43,694 bases of DNA from a virus (Duplodnaviria; Caudoviricetes). The notes beneath the pieces were generated by a model. The model had not been told where the DNA came from and searched no databases. It saw nothing but the letters and a program-made list of their open reading frames with translations. This document shows, piece by piece, positions 9,394-19,090 of the stretch. A program made the translations under genes and the position numbers. The DNA lies in the IMG/VR virus record IMGVR_UViG_3300032075_000007, positions 1 through 43,694 of that record; one strand, written 5' to 3'. The first letter of the stretch is position 1. Each line of letters starts with the position of its first letter.

Positions 9394-9927
9394 ATGGCCT
9401 TGGATGCGACTCCAGGAGGCGCGAATAGTAATTCTTATACCACGCTCGCAGACGCGACCCTGTACCTCCAGCAGCGCCCGTATCACGAGGCCTGGGATGC
9501 CGCGCTGGTGAGTGGCGATGCTGCCCCGGCGCTGATGTGGGCCACGAGCCTGCTCGATAGCCTCGTGCACTGGTACGGCACGCCGACGACGCTCACGCAG
9601 GCCCTGGCCTGGCCGCAAACGGGGCAAGTGGATCGCTACGGGCGCCCGCTCGATCCGCTCCTTATTCCCGTAGCCGTAGAGCAAGCGACCGCGGTGTATG
9701 CCTTAGCACTCCTGGGCGACACAACGCTGAGTCAGCCGAACGGCGGCAGTCAGCAGGCGGGGATCAAGTCGACCCGGATTGGCGGGACGACGATTACCTA
9801 TCAAGACACGACCAACGCCGTGGCCGCTACCTCGCCCGTGACGAGCGTGCCGAGCGAGGTGCGGGCCTTGCTCAAGGGGTACGGGGTCATGGCAGGGATG
9901 ATTGCCATTCCGATTCTGCGGACCTAG
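9394..9927 (+). CDS. Head-tail adaptor (DnaT-like family)
   Basis: ANSNSYTTLADA...QALAWPQTG...IPVAVEQA motifs; position. Confidence 0.75.
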   Translation: MALDATPGGANSNSYTTLADATLYLQQRPYHEAWDAALVSGDAAPALMWATSLLDSLVHWYGTPTTLTQALAWPQTGQVDRYGRPLDPLLIPVAVEQATAVYALALLGDTTLSQPNGGSQQAGIKSTRIGGTTITYQDTTNAVAATSPVTSVPSEVRALLKGYGVMAGMIAIPILRT

Positions 9928-9993
9928 CGGTGGTCATCAGAAATAAGCCAGGGGTTTATTTCTGTATGTTGCTTCCTCGCTCATGAGGGACCG

Positions 9994-10308
9994 ATGCACG
10001 CTGCGCTTGTCGCCTTCCTCACCGATACGGTTCTGGTGGCCCCCTACACGGGCCAGGACGCCTATGGCACGCCGACGCATGGCCCTGCCGTCGCTACGCC
10101 CTGCCGCGTCGAGTACCGCACGCAGGTCTTTACCAACGCGCAGGGGCAAGAACGGGTCAGCCGGGCACTCATCTTCTTTGATGGCACGGTCACGCTGGGC
10201 ATCCGCGATAAGCTGACGCTCGAAGATGGGTCGAGCCCGACGATCGAGCGCCTTGACCTGTGGAAGACGCCGCAAGGCACGCCCGACCATTGGGAGCTCA
10301 CGATATGA
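9994..10308 (+). CDS. Head closure/head-tail joining protein
   Basis: GQDAYGTP...CRVEY...GQERVS pattern; position. Confidence 0.7.
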   Translation: MHAALVAFLTDTVLVAPYTGQDAYGTPTHGPAVATPCRVEYRTQVFTNAQGQERVSRALIFFDGTVTLGIRDKLTLEDGSSPTIERLDLWKTPQGTPDHWELTI

Positions 10309-10694
10309 TCACCATTGAGCTTGAAGGCATCGAGGCCCTACGTCAGTCCTGGCAGCGGCTCCTGCCCCAGGCTCGTGATGGGGCAGCGCGTGCCCTCATG
10401 ACGGAAGCGGATCGCATCCTGGAAGAGAGTCGGTTTCTGACCCCGGTGGACACTGGCCTCCTGGTCAGTAGCGGCATGACGGAAGGCCCCATCGAGCAGG
10501 GGAACATCCTGGAGATGGTCATTCGCTCGGGCGGTCATGGGCTCGCTCCCTACGCGATTCGCATTCATGAAGATACCACGCTCAACCATCCCAACGGCGG
10601 TCAGGCGCATTATCTCTCAGCGCCGTTTTTCGCCGCGACGGGCGGGATGGCCGCCCGGTTCAGTGCCATCATTGGTCCGGCACTCAGAGGCTAG
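10305..10694 (+). CDS. HK97 gp10-like tail completion protein
   Basis: ATG overlaps previous stop; LEGIEAL...TPVDTGLLVSS...YAIRIHE. Confidence 0.8.
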   Translation: MITIELEGIEALRQSWQRLLPQARDGAARALMTEADRILEESRFLTPVDTGLLVSSGMTEGPIEQGNILEMVIRSGGHGLAPYAIRIHEDTTLNHPNGGQAHYLSAPFFAATGGMAARFSAIIGPALRG

Positions 10695-10696
10695 TG

Positions 10697-10960
10697 ATGC
10701 CGCAATTCATGCGCCACGATGGCTACGGCAATCCGCTGCCCGAGCTGGCCGACGCCCGCCAGGCTGTCCTCTATGAGCGGCCCTTTAATGTCCAGCAGCG
10801 GCGCACCATTCTCCAACTCCTCGAAGAACAGTGGCGCAAACTGCTCCGTAAGGGGATGCACGGCGATGTGACGCTGACCTTTTACGTGCGCGACGGGCTC
10901 ATTCAACCAGACCTAGCCGTGACAGAGACGCATGTGTATCGCAGCGTCAAGGATGAGTAG
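10697..10960 (+). CDS. Hypothetical protein
   Basis: Fills the gap between neck genes, coupled start/stop. Confidence 0.6.
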   Translation: MPQFMRHDGYGNPLPELADARQAVLYERPFNVQQRRTILQLLEEQWRKLLRKGMHGDVTLTFYVRDGLIQPDLAVTETHVYRSVKDE

Positions 10961-10961
10961 C

Positions 10962-11372
10962 ATGGCACTGCTTGACGAACTCGCCGCCTTCCTCCAAGCT
11001 CAAGGCGTGGGCACGGTGAGCAGCACGCTCTTTAAGGGGAGTTTTCCGCTCGACACGCTCGAGAACACGGCGCCCATTCTCGCCTTGATCGAAGTACCAG
11101 GGTTGCCGCCCGTGCGCAGCCATGACGTGCCGGTGGCGCGCTACGAGCAGCCCGTGGTGCAAGTCGCCACGCGTGGGGCGCCGTATGGCTATCCGGCCGC
11201 GCGGGCGGCAGCACAGGCGGCCTGGGACGTGCTCGACGGGGTGCAGAATGCGTCGCTCAGTGGTACGTTTTACTTGTGGTTGGAGGCACTCCAAAGCCCG
11301 TACTGGCTGCGGACGGATGACTTTCAGCGGCCGGTACTGCTGTTCAATGTGCGCTGTGCGCGGGCGCTGTAA
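10962..11372 (+). CDS. Tail terminator-like protein ('minor capsid' family)
   Basis: LAAFLQAQGVG...EQPVVQVATRG...LQSPYWLRTDDFQRP..FN. Confidence 0.7.
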   Translation: MALLDELAAFLQAQGVGTVSSTLFKGSFPLDTLENTAPILALIEVPGLPPVRSHDVPVARYEQPVVQVATRGAPYGYPAARAAAQAAWDVLDGVQNASLSGTFYLWLEALQSPYWLRTDDFQRPVLLFNVRCARAL

Positions 11373-11388
11373 CCATAGGAGGGGTTCG

Positions 11389-11535
11389 ATGGGTGCATCA
11401 GACGATCGTGGCCTCGTCGCTCCGCCCGGGGCTATCGCCTTTCCGCCAGCGTCGGGAGACTGGGGCACGATTACCCACTGGATGATTGTGCTCCCGCCAG
11501 CCGAGCCTGAGCCTGAGTCAGTACCGAAGGAGTAA
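11389..11535 (+). CDS. 48-aa ORF carrying a fragment of the next gene's motif
   Basis: AGGAGG RBS; IAFPPASGDWGTITHW resembles VTFPQASGSWGTITDW. Confidence 0.5.
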   Translation: MGASDDRGLVAPPGAIAFPPASGDWGTITHWMIVLPPAEPEPESVPKE

Positions 11536-11539
11536 CGCC

Positions 11540-12379
11540 TTGGGAAGTTTATCTAATTATGCCGAGGACGCCCTTTTAAACCATATCTTCAATACGGCTT
11601 ATAGTTCTGTTGCTACCGTCTATGTGGCACTCTCGACCGGCACGCTGACCGATACGTCTACGGGTGCCAGTATGAGTGAAGTCGCCAATGCCAACGGCTA
11701 TGCGCGCACGGCGGTGACTTTTGGCGCGGCGGCGACCCGCAAGGTGATCCAGAGTGGTGCCGTGACGTTTCCGCAGGCCTCGGGGTCCTGGGGCACGATT
11801 ACGGACTGGGCCATTGTCGATACGAATACGTACGGTGCGGGCAATATCCTGGCCTACGGCTCCTTTACGGCCTCGTTTGCGCCCGTCACCGGCAATACGC
11901 CCACGATTCCCAGCGGCGAGTTGCAGGTCATCTTTAATGCGTCATCAGGCGCGGGGTTTGTTGATGTCTGTGTGCATCTGCTGCTGAACCGCATGTTTCG
12001 TAACCAGGCGTATACGAAGCCGGCAACCTATATTGGACTGGCGACGGCGACGATTGCCGACACCGCCGCGACCGAAGCGAACGTGACGGAGGTCAGCACT
12101 GCGGCTACCGGGTACGCCCGCAAGCTCGTCAATATTAATGGCGGGGCCGCGCCCACCTGGACCAACGCTAGCGGCGGCGCGCTCGATAATGTCGCCGCCA
12201 TCACGTTTGCGACGCCGACGGCCTCGTGGGGCACGATTACGAGCTGCTTTATTATCGATAGTGCGAGTGGGGCTGGGAACATTATCGGCTATGACAATTC
12301 CTCAATTGTCGATCAAACTGTAAACGCATCTGATACAGTCCAATTCGACATTGGGGCGTTCGATGTGGCGATAACGTGA
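11540..12379 (+). CDS. Phage tail-fibre-like structural protein with two tandem domains
   Basis: AAGGAG RBS, TTG start; two copies of YxGL..EV...GYAR...TF....SWGTIT...D...GN. Confidence 0.75.
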   Translation: MGSLSNYAEDALLNHIFNTAYSSVATVYVALSTGTLTDTSTGASMSEVANANGYARTAVTFGAAATRKVIQSGAVTFPQASGSWGTITDWAIVDTNTYGAGNILAYGSFTASFAPVTGNTPTIPSGELQVIFNASSGAGFVDVCVHLLLNRMFRNQAYTKPATYIGLATATIADTAATEANVTEVSTAATGYARKLVNINGGAAPTWTNASGGALDNVAAITFATPTASWGTITSCFIIDSASGAGNIIGYDNSSIVDQTVNASDTVQFDIGAFDVAIT

Positions 12380-12566
12380 TAATATATTGATTGTGCTGAA
12401 GTTAGAGCCCTCGGGCTGTGGTTGTCGCTGCGTGCCGTCCGTGTCGCACTGTTGGGGGACCGGCGCGGAGGTCATCATCTCCGGCGGCCCCGCGAGGACG
12501 CGCCTGGCTCCCACTCTGGCGCGAGGGCGGGCGTAGTGTAGCACATGCCACTGTGAGAAGGATAGC

Positions 12567-13064
12567 TTGGTGCCCCTCACCCCTGACCAACTGGCGGTGC
12601 TCCGCCAGGACATTGCCGCCGACCCGGCCTTTGCCGACCTGGTGCATAATCAGGACGGGGCGCAGGTGGTGGCGGACGCCTATAACGCCCTGGCCATGCC
12701 CACGGTGATCGTCTGGCGCACGAGCCTGCCCCCCGAGGACTATACGGGGGCGCAGAGCATTGTGTGGACAGCGGTCGATCAACTCCAGATCGGGAAAGCG
12801 CGGATTTTTGAGTGGATGTCGGGCATGCTGACCCGCCCGCTCAATCTCGCGGACCCCAATGTGCGCCAGGGCATTGCGGACGCCTTTGGCGTGGCGAGTG
12901 CGACGCGGACCAATCTCTTTACCCTGGGGACACGACCGGCCACGCGCGGGGAAGCCCTCTTTGCCACGGGCCCGGGCACCGCGCAAGCGCCAGCGACGAT
13001 GAGCCATGAAGGGGACATTACCTCTGACGACGTGATGTGGTGCTGGTGGGGGCCTGGCGCATGA
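12567..13064 (+). CDS. Hypothetical virion protein (paralogue of 39615-40229)
   Basis: Shared LT..Q, WRTS, PNVRQ, RPATRGE, GT...P...EG motifs. Confidence 0.7.
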   Translation: MVPLTPDQLAVLRQDIAADPAFADLVHNQDGAQVVADAYNALAMPTVIVWRTSLPPEDYTGAQSIVWTAVDQLQIGKARIFEWMSGMLTRPLNLADPNVRQGIADAFGVASATRTNLFTLGTRPATRGEALFATGPGTAQAPATMSHEGDITSDDVMWCWWGPGA

Positions 13065-13813
13065 CGATACCCGTGCAGATTCATCTCGACTGTTACTGCC
13101 ATGACTGCAAGCTCTGGCACCGGCCCCAGCCCTGCACGCCTGACCAGTTTAGTCACGAGGTCTGGACGTGGCACGCCAAGCACGCCGGACACACGTATGA
13201 GTTTCTCACGCCCAAACGAGAGTTGAGTCGGGGGGCGGATCAGGCCTGGCGGGGCCAGGACGAGGCGCCATGGTACCTGGCCTACCGCGAAAATACGGAT
13301 TTTCGGCTCCAGTATGGCACGACGACGGCGCTCACGATCACGCTGGCGAGTCTGGCCTCCTCCACGACCTGGATTACCGGCCGGGAATCGACGGCGGTCA
13401 GCAACAGTAGCCAGCGCTATATTGATTATGAACTCACCGGGAAAATCACGGTACATGGCTCTGTGGCGCCGAACATCGCCGCGGAAATTCGCCTGTACAC
13501 CTATCAAGCCCTCAATCCTGACACCCCGACCTATCCCGATACCCTCACGGGCAGCGATGCCAATGTCACGCTGACGGCCGCGGCCGCGGCGAACATTCTC
13601 GAAAGTACCTTCGTCCTCATGGGCGCCGCCACGATTGTCGCCACGGCCAATATCGCCTACCCCATTACCCGCTGTCTCTCGCTCGCGCAAGCGTATGGCA
13701 AGGCCCCCAAGCGCTGGGGCGTCTATGTGGCCCATAATACCGGCCAGACGCTCCATGCGACGGGCTCGACGCATGAGATCAATACGACCGGAAGCTACCT
13801 CACGGATACCTAA
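13061..13813 (+). CDS. Hypothetical virion protein with N-terminal Cys/His cluster
   Basis: ATG overlaps previous stop; CYCHDC..H; beta-rich C-terminus. Confidence 0.65.
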   Translation: MTIPVQIHLDCYCHDCKLWHRPQPCTPDQFSHEVWTWHAKHAGHTYEFLTPKRELSRGADQAWRGQDEAPWYLAYRENTDFRLQYGTTTALTITLASLASSTTWITGRESTAVSNSSQRYIDYELTGKITVHGSVAPNIAAEIRLYTYQALNPDTPTYPDTLTGSDANVTLTAAAAANILESTFVLMGAATIVATANIAYPITRCLSLAQAYGKAPKRWGVYVAHNTGQTLHATGSTHEINTTGSYLTDT

Positions 13814-13829
13814 CGTATAGGACCCTTCT

Positions 13830-16800
13830 ATGGCTGGCCCGCTGGGACTCCATACCCTTGTCTACGGGCCGTCCCTCGCCAACCCGCTGGCCCCGCTCAA
13901 TCGGGGGCTCGTCGGCTGGTTTCGCGTCATGCCCCTCACGCGCGGCGGGGCCACCTGGCCCGATCTCACCGGGAACCATACCGGGACCTTGGTCGGTCTC
14001 ATTCCGTCCGTCCAGAATCGCGGCTGGGCGTCGACGCGTCGCCTGAGCGGCCATGGCGATATCCGCCAGGGCTTGAGCGATGGCTATGTCGAGATCCCGG
14101 CTCATCCCGACTTCAGTTTTACCACTGGGAGTGCCGACCTCCCGTTTACGATCAGTCTCAGCACCTGGATCAATAGCGTCACCACGGCCTACACGCTGTT
14201 ATCCAAATGGACCAACGGCGGGAGCCAGGGCGAATGGCGGGTGACCACGACGGCCGGCAGTAGCCTTATTGTCACCTTGGCGACCCCGACGCTCAGCAAC
14301 ACGATTACGCGGTCGCTGGTTATGACGTCGGCGCTGTATCAATCCCAGTTTTCTGATCTGGTCTTCACGTATGATGGCTCCCAGAGTGCTGCGGGTCTGG
14401 CGATCTACCGCAATGGCGTACGGGTCGATACGACGAGCGGCGGCACCGGGACCTATACCGGTATGGGGGTCACCAGTGAGACCGTCCGCATCGGGGCCTC
14501 GGGGAGCAGCTCCTTTGCTGGGCGCTATGATGATCTTCGGTTCTGGCGTCGGCAACTCTCAGGCGCCGAAGTGTTGGCCCTGTATCTCGCGTCCCGCCAG
14601 GGATGGCCCCAGGAACTCCGCCGCAGCTTCTGGCCTGGGCTGGCGCTCGCCCATTTTACGGACCCTGACGCCATTGCGACCGGGATTACCGTCCTCTGGA
14701 GTGGCAGCGTGGCGAGTATCCCGTCCGGCTGGACGCGGGCCACGGCGCTCGATGGGTGCTATCCGCGCGGGGCCGCGGCGGGGGTGGACGGCGGGGCAAC
14801 CGGCGGCAATGCCACCCATACGCATACCACGACCACGCATGACCACACCACGGCGCACACGCATACCACGCCCAATACGACCGGCACGGGGGGCACGCCG
14901 AGTACGCGCGATACGGGCACCACGAATCCGCCCATGGTGCATACGCACGGCTCGAATCCTGCCGCGCCCAACCCGGTCACCACGCTCACGACCGAGGCGC
15001 CCAGTACGGATGCGGTCAATCATGAGCCGGCGTATGTGGAAACCGTCTTTCTCATGTCCCAGGGTGTCACGCATGGCTTCCCGGCCTCCACGATTGGCCT
15101 CTGGGCCGATAGCGCCGGGGCGCCCGCCAACTGGTCCCTCTGTGATGGCGCGGCGGGCCGGCCCGATTACCGGGGGAAATTTCTCAAAGGTGCGCCTGCG
15201 GCCGGCGCGCCGGGAGGGACAGGCGGCGGTGCCACGACGCATACGCATGCCGTCGCCAGTCACAGCCACGGTGGCACGTACAGCCATACGCATCCGGGCG
15301 TCACGAGTGGACAGCGCACTGAGACCCTGACCACGGGCACGATTAGCGGGGCCGCGGCCAATGTGGCAACCGGCACCCATACGCACGCTCTCACCTTCAG
15401 TACGCCCGCGCCCGTGATTACCGCCCAGACCGATAGCACGAGCGGCACCAGTATCCCGGAGCCGCCTTACTGGCTCCTGGCCTATATCCAGAACGTGAGT
15501 GGCGCCCTCCAGCAGACGAACGGCATCATTGCCCTCTGGCTCGGTGCCGTCGCCGATATCCCCCCCGATTGGGTCCTGTGTGATGGCACCAATAGTACCC
15601 CGGACCTGCGTAGCCTGTTTGTCAAAGGGGCGTCTACTCTCGGCGCCATTGGCGGCAGTGGCGGGAGCACGGCCAGTCATGGGCATACCGCGACCGGGCA
15701 CACGCATGCGATTGCGGCGCACGTCCATACGGTCACGGGTGGGGTCGGGGCGTCCGATTCGCGCACGGCCGGTGCCACCAACGCGCCGCCGGATACCCAT
15801 ACGCATACCTGGCCCGATACGGGTTCCACCGCCCCGACCTCGGGGAGTGCCACGCCGACGCTCGGCAGCGTGGCGGATATGCTGCCGCCCTACGTGACGG
15901 TGCTCTTTCTTCAGTTTCAGGGCGGTGCACCACCCGGCATCCATGTGACGGCGAATCTGGTGGGCGCCAGTACCACGCCGACGAGTGCCCGGACGGTGAC
16001 GCGGCGCCTCAGTGCGCAGGCGGTGGGCGCCAGTACGACCCCCGCGGCGGCTGCCACGGTGCCTACCACCCGGTTACTGATAGCCGCGCTCGCCGGGGCC
16101 AGTACCACCCCCGCGAGTGCCCGCACGCTCACGCGGCGACTGACGGGGCAACTCGCCGGGGCGAGCCTCACCCCAACCGCCGCCGGCACGTTGACGCGAC
16201 GCTTGACGACGACGGTGGCGGGTGCCAGCACCACGCCTGCCGTCACCAGTCTCACGACGGTGCGCCGCCTCACAGGTGCCCTTGCCGGGAGTAGTACCAC
16301 TCCGACTGCAGCGGCAACGGTACCCGCGACGCGCCTCCTCACCGCGGCACTCACTCCCGCGAGTATGACGCCTGTGGCCGCGCGTCAGGTGGTCCGGCGA
16401 CTCCTTAGCCAACTCACAGGTGCCAGTACGACCCCGGTCAGTGCTCGCACGCTGACCCGGGCTCTGGTTGCGCAAGCGATAGGCGCTAGTACCACCCCCA
16501 CGGTGACCCGTCCGACTCTCGTCCGACGCCTGACGGGGGCGCTCGCGGGGAGTAGCACTACGCCTCCCAGTGCGCAGACGAGCGTGCGCCGTCTCCAGGC
16601 CGTGCTGCCTGCGGCGAGTACGACGCCCAGTGCCGCAGCGCTCCTGCTCACCCTGCGCCATCTCACGGCGGCGCTGAGTGGTGCCAGTACCACCCCCGCG
16701 AGTGCGCGAACCCTCACGCGGCGCGTGACGGCGGCGGTTGCTGCTGCCAGTACGACACCTACGACCGCGCAGACCGTCCTGCATCGCCTCACGGCGGTCC

Positions 16801-18203
16801 AGTCGAGCACGAGTACGACCCCAGCCGCGCAGGCCGTGGTGACCGCACTCCGATCCCTGACGGCAGCCCTGAGTGGCGCGAGTGCCACGCCCACGGCTGC
16901 TCGTACCCTCGCACGACGCCTGACGACAGCCGTGCTCGGGGCCAGTACGACCCTCGCTGCGACCACGACGAGCACCCGTCAACTCACGACGAGCCTGAGT
17001 GGGGGAAGCAGTACCCCGGCGGCCACGGTGACGATGGGCGTCCTGCGGCATCTCACCGCGCAACTCACGGCCAGCAGTACGACCCCGGCCAGCGCGCGGA
17101 CCCTGGTACGTCGCCTTCAGAGTACGGTCCTGGGAGCGAGCCAGACCCCCACGGCCACCGCCAGCATGGGCACCGTGCGCGCCCTCACCGCGACGCTCGC
17201 AGTAACGAGCACGACCCCGGCGAGTGCCCGCACCATGACGCGGGCACTCACCGGGGCTGTGACGGGGAGCAGTGCCACCCCGGCCAGTGCGCTGCTCACG
17301 GGACGCCGCCTGGGCACGAGCCTCCTCGGGGCCAGTACGACGCCAGGGGTGGCGCGCACACTCACCAGGCGCTTGAGTGCCACGCTCGTTGGCGCGAGCG
17401 TTACGCCGCCTGCGACGGCGTTTCAGGCGGGGGTCCGGTCGCTCGTGGCGAGTCTCCTGGGCGTCAGTACGACGCCCGCGAGTGCGCGGCAGCTCGGACG
17501 TCGCCTCACGGCCCTCCTCGCTGCGAGTAGTACGACGCCTGCCACGGTCGCCCGACAGGCGCGGGCGCTGCGGGTGATCGCCGTGGGGACCAGTGCTACC
17601 CCCGCCGCGATCCTGGCCAAGCGCGTCACTTTCCAGGCGGGCCTCGTCGCCGTCAGTACCACCACGACGAGTGCGCGGCAACTGGTCAGGCGGCTCCAGG
17701 CCCTCCTCAGTGCCCCGAGTCAGACCCCACTGGCCCAGGCCGTGAGCCTCCGGCACCTGATGGCCCTCCTCGCCGCGGCGAGTCTCACGCCGCCGGCGAG
17801 TGCCGCCTATGTACGGCTGCTTCAAGCAACGCTGCTTGTTGCGAGTCAGACGCCGCTTGCGTCCGCGTCTCTCGTGCGCGATCTGGCGGCAGCCCTCCTC
17901 GCCGTGAGTGGGACGCCGCTGAGTGCCGAGACGAGTCTACGGGCGCTCCTCGCGACGCTTGTTGGGCAGAGTACGACACCGCTTGCGCGAGCGACGATGC
18001 TGGACATGCCCCTCCTGCTGATGGGCACGGGCGCCCTGCTGCAGCGGACGGGCCAGGCCACGACCACGACGCTCACGCGCAGCCAGACAACCGGCACGTT
18101 GACGCGCACCAGTCCCGGTCCCAGTCCAACCTTGCGGCGCGGTGACGGCCAGACCGGCACGCTCCAGCGCACCGCGTCCTCCCGCGATCCTAACTTGAGG
18201 TGA
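13830..18203 (+). CDS. Large fibre/adhesin-like protein: LamG domain, collar-like His-rich fibre repeats, about 21-aa tandem repeats
   Basis: LamG (VFTYDGS..IYRNG..IGA..FAGRYDDLRFW); three W..CDG..PD.R..F.KGA-type units with HTH/HSH motifs; ASTTP repeats. Confidence 0.8.
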   Translation: MAGPLGLHTLVYGPSLANPLAPLNRGLVGWFRVMPLTRGGATWPDLTGNHTGTLVGLIPSVQNRGWASTRRLSGHGDIRQGLSDGYVEIPAHPDFSFTTGSADLPFTISLSTWINSVTTAYTLLSKWTNGGSQGEWRVTTTAGSSLIVTLATPTLSNTITRSLVMTSALYQSQFSDLVFTYDGSQSAAGLAIYRNGVRVDTTSGGTGTYTGMGVTSETVRIGASGSSSFAGRYDDLRFWRRQLSGAEVLALYLASRQGWPQELRRSFWPGLALAHFTDPDAIATGITVLWSGSVASIPSGWTRATALDGCYPRGAAAGVDGGATGGNATHTHTTTTHDHTTAHTHTTPNTTGTGGTPSTRDTGTTNPPMVHTHGSNPAAPNPVTTLTTEAPSTDAVNHEPAYVETVFLMSQGVTHGFPASTIGLWADSAGAPANWSLCDGAAGRPDYRGKFLKGAPAAGAPGGTGGGATTHTHAVASHSHGGTYSHTHPGVTSGQRTETLTTGTISGAAANVATGTHTHALTFSTPAPVITAQTDSTSGTSIPEPPYWLLAYIQNVSGALQQTNGIIALWLGAVADIPPDWVLCDGTNSTPDLRSLFVKGASTLGAIGGSGGSTASHGHTATGHTHAIAAHVHTVTGGVGASDSRTAGATNAPPDTHTHTWPDTGSTAPTSGSATPTLGSVADMLPPYVTVLFLQFQGGAPPGIHVTANLVGASTTPTSARTVTRRLSAQAVGASTTPAAAATVPTTRLLIAALAGASTTPASARTLTRRLTGQLAGASLTPTAAGTLTRRLTTTVAGASTTPAVTSLTTVRRLTGALAGSSTTPTAAATVPATRLLTAALTPASMTPVAARQVVRRLLSQLTGASTTPVSARTLTRALVAQAIGASTTPTVTRPTLVRRLTGALAGSSTTPPSAQTSVRRLQAVLPAASTTPSAAALLLTLRHLTAALSGASTTPASARTLTRRVTAAVAAASTTPTTAQTVLHRLTAVQSSTSTTPAAQAVVTALRSLTAALSGASATPTAARTLARRLTTAVLGASTTLAATTTSTRQLTTSLSGGSSTPAATVTMGVLRHLTAQLTASSTTPASARTLVRRLQSTVLGASQTPTATASMGTVRALTATLAVTSTTPASARTMTRALTGAVTGSSATPASALLTGRRLGTSLLGASTTPGVARTLTRRLSATLVGASVTPPATAFQAGVRSLVASLLGVSTTPASARQLGRRLTALLAASSTTPATVARQARALRVIAVGTSATPAAILAKRVTFQAGLVAVSTTTTSARQLVRRLQALLSAPSQTPLAQAVSLRHLMALLAAASLTPPASAAYVRLLQATLLVASQTPLASASLVRDLAAALLAVSGTPLSAETSLRALLATLVGQSTTPLARATMLDMPLLLMGTGALLQRTGQATTTTLTRSQTTGTLTRTSPGPSPTLRRGDGQTGTLQRTASSRDPNLR
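15950..18000 (+). repeat. About 30 degenerate 21-23 aa coding repeats (RRLTAALAGASTTPASARTLT)
   Basis: Visible in translation and as recurrent GCCAGTACGAC(C/G)CC. Confidence 0.85.
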
Positions 18204-18206
18204 CGT

Positions 18207-18599
18207 ATGCCCACCATTCCCTTGTTGTCCACGACCCTGCTCGAAGCCACGACCGGCCTCCTCACCTTTACGCTGGTTGATAGCGACGGCGCTGGCGTGC
18301 CCGTGTCCATGTTGAGCACGGTGACGCTGACGTACTATGACGTGATCAGTGGCACGATTGTGAATAGCCGCAATGCGCAAAATGTCCTCAATGCCAATGA
18401 TGTGAGTATCGTAACGGCGGGCTCACCAGCGGTGACGACCGTCGAATGGCAAATTCAGCCCGCCGATACGGTGATGGTCGATGCCGAGCTGGCGTTAGAG
18501 TACCGCGTGGCGCAATTTCGCTGGACCTGGGATAGCGGCACGCGCCATGACGCCTATCAGGTCCAGTTTGGGGTCGAGAATATGGCGTTTGTCATGTGA
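18207..18599 (+). CDS. Hypothetical structural protein
   Basis: GAGGTG RBS, beta-rich 130 aa. Confidence 0.7.
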   Translation: MPTIPLLSTTLLEATTGLLTFTLVDSDGAGVPVSMLSTVTLTYYDVISGTIVNSRNAQNVLNANDVSIVTAGSPAVTTVEWQIQPADTVMVDAELALEYRVAQFRWTWDSGTRHDAYQVQFGVENMAFVM

Positions 18600-18775
18600 G
18601 TGCTGGCTCGCAAAAAAAGCCGTGTCATTCCCCGAGCACTGTGCTAGCCTTTGCGCATCATCTTCGGTAGTCACTGGTCGCCCGACAGTCTCCGGGTAAC
18701 ACACACCGCCGTATCGCAGTGAGGTCCATGTCCCTCGCTGTGGTCGGCGGTTGTTGTGTTTCTGGAGGTTGCGCC

Positions 18776-19018
18776 ATGGCAGACGCTCCGTACCTTGCTG
18801 AATCCTGGTCCGGCCTGATCCAATTCCGCTGTCCCGCCTGTGGGTATGATACCCTGCTCCAAGCCCGCATCGACGCGCACATGGCGCAGTGTCCCCGCTA
18901 CCAGGCCGCCCTCCATGAGGGGACCTTGCGGGCGGGCGAACCGCCGGTGCCGCCGCCCCCGGAGCCTGACCCGGATGAGGAGCCCACACCGGCGCAGCCG
19001 ACGCCTGCGGGGGCGTAG
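18776..19018 (+). CDS. Small zinc-finger protein with Pro-rich tail
   Basis: GGAGG RBS, ATG 18776; CPAC...H...C. Confidence 0.6.
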   Translation: MADAPYLAESWSGLIQFRCPACGYDTLLQARIDAHMAQCPRYQAALHEGTLRAGEPPVPPPPEPDPDEEPTPAQPTPAGA

Positions 19019-19021
19019 GCC

Positions 19022-19039
19022 ATGCCCACCCAAGCCATT
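19022..19039 (+). pseudogene. Relic 5' end of the tail-tube gene (MPTQAI) at the insertion junction
   Basis: ATGCCCACCCAAGCCATT encodes the same MPTQAI as 20343 and 21839, in GC3-rich codons. Confidence 0.75.
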
Positions 19040-19045
19040 TTGGGC

Positions 19046-19080
19046 AAAAAAAGAGGGTACGAGCATGATACCCGTACCCT
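19046..19080 (-). terminator. Intrinsic terminator of the cassette
   Basis: Minus strand AGGGTACG-ggtatcatgct-CGTACCCT-C-T7. Confidence 0.85.
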
Positions 19081-19090
19081 AGCCTCTCAA

